Source: Candidatus Woesearchaeota archaeon
GTDB lineage: Archaea; Nanobdellota; Nanobdellia; Woesearchaeales; WJIZ01
NCBI GenBank assembly: GCA_018221205.1
Contig: JAAOYF010000049.1
Coordinates: forward strand, 1-35,914
DNA length: 35,914 nucleotides
Reading direction: 5' to 3'
Within the stretch, counting starts at the first letter, position 1, and every line of letters starts with the position of its first letter. A model generated the notes under the pieces. That model had not been told where the DNA came from and searched no databases. It saw only the letters and a list, made by a program, of their open reading frames with translations. Shown piece by piece: positions 26,781-35,914 of this stretch. The translations under genes were made by a program, and so were the position numbers.

Positions 26781-27737
26781 TCAATTGCTGTTTACGATAG
26801 CGACTCTTCGAGAAATGGTTTCTTGATATCCATAGAGCAGCTCAACCACAATCGGAGTATCAAAAGTCAGGACACTCCGCGGAAGGGCATTATTTTCAGT
26901 GATGCTGCAATGTATGATATATTCATCTTTCACCTGCCTAGGTTTCTGGCATTCTATCTCATCCTCATAAGGCTGAGAGAGAGGATCACCAAGAGAGTAT
27001 TCATAATTCGAGAACCGAAGGCTTGTGAGCAGTAGGCTTTTATCCGGGTCACCAACAGCCCGCGCTTCACAGATGTTGCCATAGCTGAGAGGATCTACGA
27101 TCAACCCCTTTCCTTTGTTCTTGATACGGATAGTGAAATCAATAAGGACAGTATCTTCTGAGGTAGGGATGACTCTTTGCTCTATCCTTGTTATCGCCAC
27201 CGGAGCACCCTGGCTGCTTGCTGTCAGATCCTTGGCCCTGCATGTTTTCTCTGCCACCCGGGTATTGGCAGGATCAGTGTCGATGCACAAAGTATCAGAG
27301 AATACTGTCTTGTAGGCATAGCAGAGCTGGAATGCAAGCCTAGAATCAATTTTTGTGCGTGCATCACCGATTTCTCTTGCCTTCATCACTGCCCCTAGAA
27401 CTTGTCGTTCACCTTTCGCATACGCAAGGCTTTTCCCTTCAAGATCAAAGAAAATAGAATTCCCTGATAATCGGAATCCATCCGGAAGTTGCCACGATTC
27501 TATCTCCATGAGATCCTGTTCCAGGATCGGAACAAGAACCCCGCCGGTGACATCACTGAATCCCTCATTCCTCACTTCAATGCTGCTGTAGAAGGATGAG
27601 CCTTCGACAACCTCATCTGAGAAGCCTTCAAGAAATTTAAGATCAATACCAGAGGTGCCTGTTTGGAGTATGATGTCTCCAGGGTCAGGAACAGAGCTGC
27701 ATGCAGTGAGCAGCACGAGGAAAAGTAATCGTTTCAT
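26781..27737 (-). CDS. Cys-rich surface lipoprotein, paralog 1
   Basis: Lipobox LTAC (Cys13), IEVRNEG, CYAYKT...CID...C, SQGAPV, IKNKGKG, LLYGY. ATGA-coupled to the upstream membrane protein. Confidence 0.75.
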   Translation of the reverse strand: MKRLLFLVLLTACSSVPDPGDIILQTGTSGIDLKFLEGFSDEVVEGSSFYSSIEVRNEGFSDVTGGVLVPILEQDLMEIESWQLPDGFRLSGNSIFFDLEGKSLAYAKGERQVLGAVMKAREIGDARTKIDSRLAFQLCYAYKTVFSDTLCIDTDPANTRVAEKTCRAKDLTASSQGAPVAITRIEQRVIPTSEDTVLIDFTIRIKNKGKGLIVDPLSYGNICEARAVGDPDKSLLLTSLRFSNYEYSLGDPLSQPYEDEIECQKPRQVKDEYIIHCSITENNALPRSVLTFDTPIVVELLYGYQETISRRVAIVNSN

Positions 27738-29806
27738 GTTGTCGCATCCGCAATGTTGATGAAATGTTTATCTGAGAGTACATAGTCATAACTTACCGCC
27801 ATCCTGAAATATCTTGTGGTGACATCACCAGGTTGCAGCAGGATGTCTTTTTGGCTGACCTTGAAGAGAAGCCCACAGCTCTGCCGCATCCCCTTCGGAT
27901 TCTGCAGTACACTAGCAGTATTCTCTCGCAGGTGGAAGTAGCGGTAGCCTTTATAGAACTCTTGGTCAAGGACCGCACTTTCAGTCATAGAGAGATCGCA
28001 TGTTCCAGGATCAATGGAAGCTCCCTCAGGCAGATAAAATTCAATATCCTTGATCTGGGCGATATCACCCAGCCAGGCATTCTTCATCTCAACATTGAAT
28101 AACTCTTTCGTATCTTGGCTGCCATCAAGCTTGATCACAACAGGCATCCTTTCACTCACCCCGATCTGCACAGGCCCCACACTGTTCTTGGTGATAGGAT
28201 TGATGTCGCTGATATCATTTATTTTCAGGATGTCGAGGTCTTTGGAGATGACGCGCTGCTTCCGCAAGGTGCCGATCCTCTCCTTGCTGACAAAATATCT
28301 TTTCAGATAGGCTTGGGTAGCAAAGTTGAACTTTGCCCTGAATCGTATCTCATATTTACCTTCTTCCAGTTCTCCCTCCTTAAAAGTGCAGAGGATGTTC
28401 TGGACATCATAGCTTTCGATGATCAGTTTTCCAGAGGGCCAGATCCCTCCATCCACAACTTTCTCACCAGCCTTATAGGCAGCACAGCTGATATCCACAG
28501 TGATGTTCTCGAAGCTGAACTCATCATCATCCGAGATAAAGTTTTCTGCGGTGAGGGTCGCGCTTAACGTGATTTTTTGATCGCTGAAATACTTGAGAGG
28601 ATTCTTCCCTATATCTTCGAGGTAGACCCCCAGGTTTTTCTTCGCGTTTGCGTCCACCTGGCTGGTATAATAGTCCTGCCCAGAGCCGTAATAGATGGAT
28701 TTGTTCATCCATTCATAATACCTGCTCTTCCAATAGCTTAATTTGAAGACATTCCTCCTCTCCTGCAATTGCTCCTCATCCACTAAATTTTGGTTGATGG
28801 CATCCTGGAAAGCAGTGCTCGCCCGTATGAAGCTGACGAAATAGAAAGCAACAAAGAAGATGATCAGCACAGAGGTCAGCCAGCTGGGCTGATAGACCTG
28901 AGCAAAGATAAGGAAACCGAAAGTGAGGAACGGAAGGTTGGCCATAGTCGTGCCAGGGAATGCACTCGCAAAGAACGACGGCATGAAGAAATCAAAGAGT
29001 ATCAGAAGCAGCAGCCAATATTTGATCCTTACCCGGTCTGCTTTGAACGTCTCACCCATGCAAAAGAAGATGTAGAACAGTATAAAGAAGAAAAAGTGGA
29101 TTCTGCTGCCTAAAGTGTCGATCGCACCGAACATATACAGGTTATAGAAGACCCACATCACCACAATCGTGGCGATGAAATCTTCCATCGATGTCTGATA
29201 GAATGATAGGTAGATGGCAGTGAAGAACAGGATGAAGAACTCAAAGATGTTCTTGGTGCCGAGATAGGTGAAAAGAACAGGGATAGAGCTCAGGAGATAA
29301 GTTACAAGAATCATGCCTAACCACACCCTCAGGATATGGGGCTTCCCACCACGCAGGTTGAACCAGGCAAAGAGGACAGCCAAAAAGAAGATATTGAAAT
29401 GGAACATGTTATAGATCCCGATAAAACCCTGTCCAAGGATAGCATTCTGGAAATAGGCAAGGTCAAATCCGCCGAATCGTACAGCAGGATTCCTCACTTC
29501 CCATAAGAAATTATACAACAGCGCGAGAAGCAATAAGATACCGCTTCGGTTGAACGTCGCATCTATGACTTTTCCAGCGCCGCCGCCAGCCATTCCTCCC
29601 AAAGCACTGCCAGCGACAGCAACCGGTGCGATAGCAGCAGCCCTTACCGGATGCTGGCTTCGTTTATCAACCCGGTCCCGATAATTATCATAGACCGCTT
29701 TGCCGCCGAACGCATCATAAGGGGCCTTGAGAAAAGCCTTTATCCTGCCTTCAGAAAGCCGTCCTTTATAGGCATCACTCAGCCTTTTACGGGGGTCTAT
29801 CGTCAT
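27734..29806 (-). CDS. Polytopic membrane protein with a C-terminal extracellular module resembling the adjacent lipoproteins
   Basis: Basic N-terminus, Gly-rich GSALGGMAGGGAG segment, roughly 8 hydrophobic helices, then a soluble domain with FNFAT, SVGPVQI, MKNAWLG and VSYDY echoing the lipoprotein motifs. Confidence 0.7.
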   Translation of the reverse strand: MTIDPRKRLSDAYKGRLSEGRIKAFLKAPYDAFGGKAVYDNYRDRVDKRSQHPVRAAAIAPVAVAGSALGGMAGGGAGKVIDATFNRSGILLLLALLYNFLWEVRNPAVRFGGFDLAYFQNAILGQGFIGIYNMFHFNIFFLAVLFAWFNLRGGKPHILRVWLGMILVTYLLSSIPVLFTYLGTKNIFEFFILFFTAIYLSFYQTSMEDFIATIVVMWVFYNLYMFGAIDTLGSRIHFFFFILFYIFFCMGETFKADRVRIKYWLLLLILFDFFMPSFFASAFPGTTMANLPFLTFGFLIFAQVYQPSWLTSVLIIFFVAFYFVSFIRASTAFQDAINQNLVDEEQLQERRNVFKLSYWKSRYYEWMNKSIYYGSGQDYYTSQVDANAKKNLGVYLEDIGKNPLKYFSDQKITLSATLTAENFISDDDEFSFENITVDISCAAYKAGEKVVDGGIWPSGKLIIESYDVQNILCTFKEGELEEGKYEIRFRAKFNFATQAYLKRYFVSKERIGTLRKQRVISKDLDILKINDISDINPITKNSVGPVQIGVSERMPVVIKLDGSQDTKELFNVEMKNAWLGDIAQIKDIEFYLPEGASIDPGTCDLSMTESAVLDQEFYKGYRYFHLRENTASVLQNPKGMRQSCGLLFKVSQKDILLQPGDVTTRYFRMAVSYDYVLSDKHFINIADATT

Positions 29807-29820
29807 AGAAGCCTCTTTTT

Positions 29821-30993
29821 TCAGTCTTCATCTTCCAGCGTAACGGTTATTTTTCTGATCTCAAGCCGCTCCTCTGGAATGATCTTCAGGGAATTGTCCC
29901 CTCTCTCGACGAAATTGTCTATCAAGGTGCTCCATTCAAAGTCATAATGCCTTGTCATGAAGGTCTTTCTCTCATTGATAAGGATCTCTGCCTCTTTCTC
30001 TTCTTCATCATCAACAAAGAAGAAGGTGAGGTTGATATTCTTGTCCCCATCTCTGAACTCTTCCCATTCATCATCATCTATCTCAAAGAAATAGGTATAA
30101 GATGGCTGCTCAATAAGGTCAGTCACGATCTCGATCTGGTCAATCAGATATCTGCCTCGATCGCTGCCGAACTCTAGGGTGTTGTCTCCACGGATGAGAA
30201 GGTTGGGTGCAAATTCTATTGGATGCACGGTGCCGCAATCAGGGACAGAGCTATACACGATCTTCTCATTGATAGAGATGTCTAGTATACCTACCTCTCC
30301 TTGTTTGCATTCAGGGACAAATCTCAGGTGAGCTTCCTCGACATTCTTCGCTTCTTCCCGAGGAACAACAAAAGAGATGACACTTTCCCTTGTGCTGATA
30401 TCAGTTACATCAGCAGTGACTTTGAAATTCTCAAGAAGATACTCATTAGTGCCCCAGAACTTTGCCCCTACACCGCTTACCTCAAAATAGAGGTTGTTGG
30501 TGGCAGCAAGAAGATCTTCCGGGACAGGGATAGGATCGACATTCACCTTATCCACTTCATTGTCATAGATCTTATGGCCATTTAGGCTGATCATCAATCT
30601 CCCTTTAGCGGTTTTCGCAAAGAAGCTGATGAGTATATTGTCGGTGTTATCAGGATCATCCAATCTGAAATCAATCTCATGGTCCTGCTTGTCAAAAAGC
30701 CCGTTCTTGACATAGATGCTTGAGACATCCCGCAGAACATCAGCAGATGTTCTTGTAAATAAGTTCACTGAAGGAAGATTCCGTTCAACTTCATCACTGC
30801 CGATGACATCCATGATGATGCTTGTCTCCTCAAAGAGCAGATCATCTCCTTCTGTTTCTCGATCTTCACGGACAGTCTCATTCTCCCCGATGAGATCAAG
30901 CCGCTCTTCAGAGGGAAGGAAGAGGATATAGATAATGATCAGTGCAGAAACGATTGCAATCAAAACAGCAGCATTCATCTGGGCTTTTCTCAT
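29821..30993 (-). CDS. Acidic surface protein with class III (type IV pilin-like) signal peptide and three tandem beta-sandwich repeats
   Basis: MRKA/QMNAAVLIAIVSALIIIYILF N-terminus. Repeats ISLNG..IY..L....NNLYF, ISINE..VY..L.RGDNTLEF and ILINE..TF..V.RGDNSLKI. SD AGGTGA. Confidence 0.7.
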   Translation of the reverse strand: MRKAQMNAAVLIAIVSALIIIYILFLPSEERLDLIGENETVREDRETEGDDLLFEETSIIMDVIGSDEVERNLPSVNLFTRTSADVLRDVSSIYVKNGLFDKQDHEIDFRLDDPDNTDNILISFFAKTAKGRLMISLNGHKIYDNEVDKVNVDPIPVPEDLLAATNNLYFEVSGVGAKFWGTNEYLLENFKVTADVTDISTRESVISFVVPREEAKNVEEAHLRFVPECKQGEVGILDISINEKIVYSSVPDCGTVHPIEFAPNLLIRGDNTLEFGSDRGRYLIDQIEIVTDLIEQPSYTYFFEIDDDEWEEFRDGDKNINLTFFFVDDEEEKEAEILINERKTFMTRHYDFEWSTLIDNFVERGDNSLKIIPEERLEIRKITVTLEDED

Positions 30994-31065
30994 TTTCTCA
31001 CCTTTCGCTATTGGAGAGTTAAAAAATGAATATCTTTATATATAAAGTTTTGCCTTTTCTCGAGT

Positions 31066-32118
31066 ATGAAAAAGATACATGCAGATTTCAAGAAAGGCGT
31101 CGTGAAAGTGAGGATAGAGAACGCCGATGACTTATGGTATCTGAGCCAGGTCATAGAAGCAGGAGATCTTGTTAGTGGCAAGACTCTCCGCAAGGTCAAG
31201 CATGGTGATGAAGAGGGCAAACAGAAAGCCTCGAAGAAACCAGTTTTCATCAAGATCAAGGTCGAAAAGATAGAATATACAGAGAATGAGCTGAGGACAC
31301 TAGGCATAATCGAAGAAGGCCCTGAAGACGCTCCCAAAGGAGAGCATCACTCTTTTTCCCTTGAAGAGGGTTCTGAAATCAGCATAGAAAAAGAGTGGCT
31401 CAACTTCCAGAGAAAGAAGCTCGAAGAGGCCTTTTCCTCAAAGATCTCCCCCATCTTGATCGTTGTCTTTGACCGAGAAGAAGCATTCTTCGCAAAGATG
31501 AAGAAATACGGATATGAATTATTGGCCAATATCCAAGGCAATGTTGCAAAAAAAGACATGGACGAGGGCAAGAAGCCAAATTTCTATCTGGAAATCCTTC
31601 AAAAAGTGAAAGAATACGATGACCGCCTGCATCCAGACCACATTATAATGGGCTCACCCGCATTTTGGAAAGAAGAACTGCTGAAAAACCTGAATGATGA
31701 AGCGTTGAAGAAGAAGATGGTGCTCGCAACCTGCTCAGCCGTGGGAAAAACAGCGATCAACGAAGTCCTGAAAAGAGATGAAGTGAAGAAAGTGCTCCAT
31801 CAAGACAGGATAACAAAAGAGATCAATATAATAGAAGAACTCATGAAAGAGATCAGTAACCAAGGGAAAGCAGCCTATGGATTGAAAGAAGTGGAGCAGG
31901 CAGCACAGGCCAGCGCAGTGGAGACATTGCTCATAACAGATGGCTTCATCCAAAAAGCGAGAAACGAAAATACTTTTTCTCAAATAGATGCGATCATGCG
32001 GACAGCAGATAAGAATAAGGCCTCTGTCAATATCATCTCCTCAAAGCACGACGGCGGTAAGAAGTTAGATGGCTTAGGAGGCATAGGTGCTATTCTCAGG
32101 TATAAGCTGAACTATTAA
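31066..32118 (+). CDS. pelA: Pelota/aDom34 ribosome rescue factor
   Basis: DDLWYL..VI..GD.V...T.R, G.HH, SPAFWKE, AAYG..EV, LL.TD, H..G..L.GLGGIGAILRY. Confidence 0.95.
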   Translation: MKKIHADFKKGVVKVRIENADDLWYLSQVIEAGDLVSGKTLRKVKHGDEEGKQKASKKPVFIKIKVEKIEYTENELRTLGIIEEGPEDAPKGEHHSFSLEEGSEISIEKEWLNFQRKKLEEAFSSKISPILIVVFDREEAFFAKMKKYGYELLANIQGNVAKKDMDEGKKPNFYLEILQKVKEYDDRLHPDHIIMGSPAFWKEELLKNLNDEALKKKMVLATCSAVGKTAINEVLKRDEVKKVLHQDRITKEINIIEELMKEISNQGKAAYGLKEVEQAAQASAVETLLITDGFIQKARNENTFSQIDAIMRTADKNKASVNIISSKHDGGKKLDGLGGIGAILRYKLNY

Positions 32119-32174
32119 AACCACAAACCTTATAAAAATACCATCCTCATTTATTTTAAAAAGAGGTAATAGAT

Positions 32175-34130
32175 ATGTCCGATACTATCCAATCCATGTC
32201 TACAGAGGATAGAAAATTTCCCCCTAGCCATGAGTTCTCTGAAAAAGCGCATATTAAGAATTTCGACCATTACAAGCACATCTATGATGAGTCTGTGAAA
32301 GATCCTGAAAAATTCTGGGCTGAAAAAGCGCAGCAATTGCATTGGTTCAAGCCCTGGGATAAAGTATTCACCTGGGACAAGGAAGAAGTCAAGTTCACCT
32401 GGTTCGAGGGCGGCAAGACCAATGTCTCCTATAACTGCCTCGATAGGCACTTGGAAAAAGACGGAGACAAGACAGCCATCATCTGGCAGGGTGAACCAGA
32501 AGATCAGGTGATAAAACTTTCTTATAAAGAGCTCCATAGGCAAGTGTGCAGATTCGCCAATGTCCTGAAAAAATACGGCGTGAAAAAAGGGGACCGCATT
32601 TGTATTTACATGCCCATGATCCCCGAATTAGCTGTTACCATGCTCGCCTGCACACGGATAGGGGCCATGCACTCCATAGTCTTCGCAGGTTTCAGCGCAG
32701 AATCGTTGAAAGACCGCATTCTTGACTCTCAATGCAAGCTGTTGATCACCGCAGACGGCAGTTTCCATGCCGGAAAGTCGATCCCGCTGAAAAAGATTGC
32801 AGATACTGCTGTTTCACAATGCGATTGCGTAGAGAAAGTCATTGTCGCTAAAAGGGTGCATACAGATGTCCAGTGGGGAGAGAGAGACATCTGCTGGCAG
32901 GATGAAATGAATGCTCCGGACATAAGTGATGACTGCCCCGCAGAAGAGATGGATGCAGAAGACCCCCTATTTATATTATACACATCAGGAACAACAGGCA
33001 AGCCGAAAGGAGTCTTGCATACGACAGGCGGCTATCTGACCTATGCCTACCAGACATTCAAATGGGTATTTGATTACTGTCCAGAAGACGTCTACTGGTG
33101 CACCGCTGATATCGGCTGGATAACAGGCCACAGCTATATCGTCTACGGTCCATTAGCAAACGCGGCCACAACAGTGATGTTTGAGGGCGTCCCGACCTAT
33201 CCAGATAACGACAGGTTCTGGCAGATTGTTGAAAAGTTCAGAGTGTCCATATTCTACACAGCCCCGACAGCGATCAGAGCAGTGCAAAGGTATGGCGACG
33301 ATCCGGTGAACAAGCACGATCTTTCTTCTCTCAGATTATTGGGGTCTGTCGGCGAACCCATAAATCCAGAAGCATGGATGTGGTATTACAATGTTATAGG
33401 AAAAGAAAAATGTCCCATTGTCGATACCTGGTGGCAGACAGAGACAGGAGGCATCTTGATCACTCCCCTACCAGGAGCCATAACGCTCAAGCCAGGCTCA
33501 GCAACGTTCCCTTTTCCAGGCATCGAGCCTGCCATACTGAAAGAAGATGGCTCAGAAGTCGGCGTGAATGAGGGCGGCTTTTTAGTGATCAAAAAACCAT
33601 GGCCAGGCCTGATGAGGACAGTCTATGGCGACCATCAACGCTATATCGATACATACTGGAGCCGATTTAAAGACGTCTATTTCGCTGGAGACGGCGCACG
33701 GCGTGATGAAGATGGCTATTTATGGCTCATGGGAAGGATTGATGACGTTATCAACATTTCCGGCCATAGGATAGGGACAGCAGAAGTAGAATCTGCCTTG
33801 GTCAGCCATCATGACGTGGCAGAAGCAGCAGTCGTTCCTTTCCCCCATGAAATAAAAGGACAGGCACTCTATTGTTTCGTGACCCTGAATAAAGGAGTGG
33901 AAAAAACCAACAAGCTGATGCTCGAGTTAAGGCAACATGTCGGACAGGAGATTGGCCCTATTGCCAAGCCTGATAAGATCCAGTTTGCAGACGTTTTACC
34001 AAAGACAAGATCCGGAAAGATCATGAGGAGAATCCTGAAAGCGTTAGCAGAAGGCAAGGATGATGTCGGCAACACCACAACCTTAGCAGATCCAAGTGTT
34101 GTAGATGTCCTCAAGCAAGGGAGATCATGA
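32175..34130 (+). CDS. acs: Acetyl-CoA synthetase (AMP-forming)
   Basis: [57 protein letters not shown]...[22 protein letters not shown]. Confidence 0.96.
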   Translation: MSDTIQSMSTEDRKFPPSHEFSEKAHIKNFDHYKHIYDESVKDPEKFWAEKAQQLHWFKPWDKVFTWDKEEVKFTWFEGGKTNVSYNCLDRHLEKDGDKTAIIWQGEPEDQVIKLSYKELHRQVCRFANVLKKYGVKKGDRICIYMPMIPELAVTMLACTRIGAMHSIVFAGFSAESLKDRILDSQCKLLITADGSFHAGKSIPLKKIADTAVSQCDCVEKVIVAKRVHTDVQWGERDICWQDEMNAPDISDDCPAEEMDAEDPLFILYTSGTTGKPKGVLHTTGGYLTYAYQTFKWVFDYCPEDVYWCTADIGWITGHSYIVYGPLANAATTVMFEGVPTYPDNDRFWQIVEKFRVSIFYTAPTAIRAVQRYGDDPVNKHDLSSLRLLGSVGEPINPEAWMWYYNVIGKEKCPIVDTWWQTETGGILITPLPGAITLKPGSATFPFPGIEPAILKEDGSEVGVNEGGFLVIKKPWPGLMRTVYGDHQRYIDTYWSRFKDVYFAGDGARRDEDGYLWLMGRIDDVINISGHRIGTAEVESALVSHHDVAEAAVVPFPHEIKGQALYCFVTLNKGVEKTNKLMLELRQHVGQEIGPIAKPDKIQFADVLPKTRSGKIMRRILKALAEGKDDVGNTTTLADPSVVDVLKQGRS

Positions 34131-34373
34131 ATTCTTTTTTTATTGATTATTGATATCCAGGAAAAGTTCAGAAAAGCCATTCCCAATCTGAATGAGGTAA
34201 TAACAAACACAAACAAACTCATCAAAGCATTTCAACTATTAAAAATACCCATAATTCTGACAGAACAATACCCAAAAGGACTCGGCAGCACAGTAAAGGA
34301 AATTAGCATAAAACCAACAATAATAAAAGAAGATTTTGACTGCTTCAACCACAATGATTTCTCAAATAATTAA
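34127..34373 (+). pseudogene. Truncated, frameshifted isochorismatase-family hydrolase
   Basis: LIIDIQEKF...IP.ILTEQYPKGLG.T...K..F.C motifs. The ATG at 34127 (coupled to the acs stop) is out of frame across a T7 run (34135-34141). The frame stops after ~80 codons, before the catalytic Cys region. Confidence 0.75.
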
Positions 34374-34627
34374 GCAGTAATTCTTTTCTGCAGCAACGAC
34401 CAAATCACATAGAATGCTATTGAGCTTAACAAGGCACCAATAATATCGGGAATTATCATAAGGATTTTCTCTCTATTGGTCGGTCCACAACATCCCGTCC
34501 CATCAGGGTAGCATAATCCCTCACAGCCATGATAGGATAAGAGAGAAAAATTATAAAAGAAAAAAAGCGCAACAATAAATAGCAATAGAGTTACGATGAG
34601 CTTTGCTTTTGTAGGTTTGAAGTTCAT
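34370..34627 (-). CDS. Small two-helix membrane protein with Cys-rich loop
   Basis: MNFKPTKAK-TM-GCEGLCYPDGTGCCGP-TM-YVIWSLLQK, 85 aa. SD GGGGAG before ATG 34627; the longer ORF-track start is antisense to hppA. Confidence 0.75.
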   Translation of the reverse strand: MNFKPTKAKLIVTLLLFIVALFFFYNFSLLSYHGCEGLCYPDGTGCCGPTNREKILMIIPDIIGALLSSIAFYVIWSLLQKRITA

Positions 34628-34727
34628 ATATCTCCCCAAGCCATAAAAGATTATAAATCTTTCTAGGCGATAACTTTTTATAGTGCTAATTCGTCTAGTA
34701 TCTAAATTTACTATATGGGGTGGAATA

Positions 34728-35914
34728 ATGGGTTTAGCGATATTATCTGCAGTTATTGTGATTGCAGTATTGGCATTACTGTTTGTCTTCTTGAAGTTCT
34801 CAAATATCAAGAAGGCTGATGCAGGAACACCGAAGATGAAGGAGATTGCAGATGCAGTCCATGAAGGTGCGATGGCATTTCTCTTTCGCGAATATAGGGT
34901 TCTCCTGTTATTCGTCATCATTGTTGGCGGCGTGTTATGGTATTATCTTAATCCACTGACTGCATATTCATTCTTGACAGGGGCGATCCTCTCTGTTTTG
35001 GCAGGATTCATCGGCATGAAAATAGCAACCATTGCTAATGTCAGGACAACCCAGGCAGCAAGAAAATCTCTTGGAGGCGCTTTGAAAGTCGCATTCTCCT
35101 CTGGCTCTGTCATGGGCTTCTCAGTTGTCGGATTTGGCCTATTAGGAGTCGCAATTCTCTACTGGCTTATCGGAGATCCAGAAGTCATCATCGGCTTCGG
35201 CTTCGGCGCTTCTTCAGTGGCACTATTCGCAAGAGTAGGTGGAGGCATCTACACAAAAGCAGCAGATGTAGGCGCTGACTTAGTGGGAAAAGTTGAAGCA
35301 GGCATTCCTGAAGACGACCCAAGAAATCCAGCGACAATCGCAGATAATGTAGGAGATAATGTAGGAGATGTCGCAGGCATGGGCGCAGATCTGTTTGAGA
35401 GCTATGTAGGCTCAATCTTAGCGACAATGATTCTCGCTCTGACAATTGTCGGAGAGAACACGAGATTTGTCCTTCTGCCATTGATGCTCGCAGCAGCAGG
35501 GATCATCACCTCAATGATCGGAACCTTCTTAGTGAGGACAAAGAAAGAGAAGAATATCCACGGCGCATTGAATATCGGTTTATTCACTGCAAGCATTCTC
35601 TTTGTTCCTTTAGTGTATCTCATAACCAGATATCTCATGCCTCAAAGTTTCCAGCTAGGAGGAGTGACCTTTACCGCAATGGGGATCTTCTATGCGACAG
35701 TCGCAGGATTGGTCACCGGAGTCTTGATCGGCCTTGTAACAGAATATTATACTGCATATGAGCACAGACCGACGAGGAAAGTTTCTGAAAGCTCAAAGAC
35801 AGGAGCTGCGACAAACCTCATTGAAGGGCTCGCACTCGGAATGCGCTCGACAGTCCTGCCTATCATCTTTATTGCCATTGCTATTTGGGTAGCCTACTTC
35901 TTTGCAGGCCTTTA
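34728..35914 (+). CDS. hppA: Membrane-bound ion-translocating pyrophosphatase (5' part, runs off window)
   Basis: Hand translation gives GTPKMKEIA..V.EGAMAFL.REY, ANVRT and GGGIYTKAADVGADLVGKVEAGIPEDDPRNPATIADNVGDNVGDVAGMGADLFESY in one frame. Absent from the ORF track, presumably because no stop lies in the window. Confidence 0.96.
   Translation, partial: MGLAILSAVIVIAVLALLFVFLKFSNIKKADAGTPKMKEIADAVHEGAMAFLFREYRVLLLFVIIVGGVLWYYLNPLTAYSFLTGAILSVLAGFIGMKIATIANVRTTQAARKSLGGALKVAFSSGSVMGFSVVGFGLLGVAILYWLIGDPEVIIGFGFGASSVALFARVGGGIYTKAADVGADLVGKVEAGIPEDDPRNPATIADNVGDNVGDVAGMGADLFESYVGSILATMILALTIVGENTRFVLLPLMLAAAGIITSMIGTFLVRTKKEKNIHGALNIGLFTASILFVPLVYLITRYLMPQSFQLGGVTFTAMGIFYATVAGLVTGVLIGLVTEYYTAYEHRPTRKVSESSKTGAATNLIEGLALGMRSTVLPIIFIAIAIWVAYFFAGL

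Noticed and set aside
35340..35369. Tandem GATAATGTAGGA repeat
   Set aside because: It encodes the conserved DNVGDNVGD motif of membrane PPases.
34628..35638. Minus-strand ORFs and the N-terminal extension of the 183-aa ORF
   Set aside because: Mostly antisense to hppA, which carries the conserved PPase motifs on the plus strand.

Overview
Archaeal chromosomal segment, most consistent with a DPANN/Nanobdellota (Woesearchaeota-like) genome. The taxonomy is inferred from gene content and style, not from a search. The window opens with a probable replication origin (ORB-like boxes plus an AT-rich tract) next to cdc6 and polD (DP1, DP2). An information-processing cluster follows: DUF424, aIF-2beta, SpoIIM-like membrane protein, RPA2-like OB-fold protein, MCM, TBP, TrmB, Hjc, RNase Z, EndA, FEN1 and a Trm5/Tyw2-like methyltransferase. 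Next come a proteolysis block (PAN, two M29-like and one M24 peptidase), TyrRS, a CdpB-like PRC-barrel protein and RFC-S. Then comes a five-gene uncharacterised cell-surface locus: a class III signal-peptide protein, a polytopic membrane protein and three paralogous Cys-rich lipoproteins sharing one extracellular module. The window ends with Pelota, AMP-forming acetyl-CoA synthetase, a decayed isochorismatase-family gene, a small Cys-rich membrane protein and a partial membrane pyrophosphatase. Non-coding signals missed by the ORF track are a box C/D-like sRNA (17255-17316, minus), a near-consensus ORB inside a TATA-box array upstream of tbp, a 56-bp double-hairpin insert flanked by a 17-bp direct repeat, and a hairpin covering an SD at the window start. 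No rRNA, tRNA, CRISPR array or transposase was recognised.
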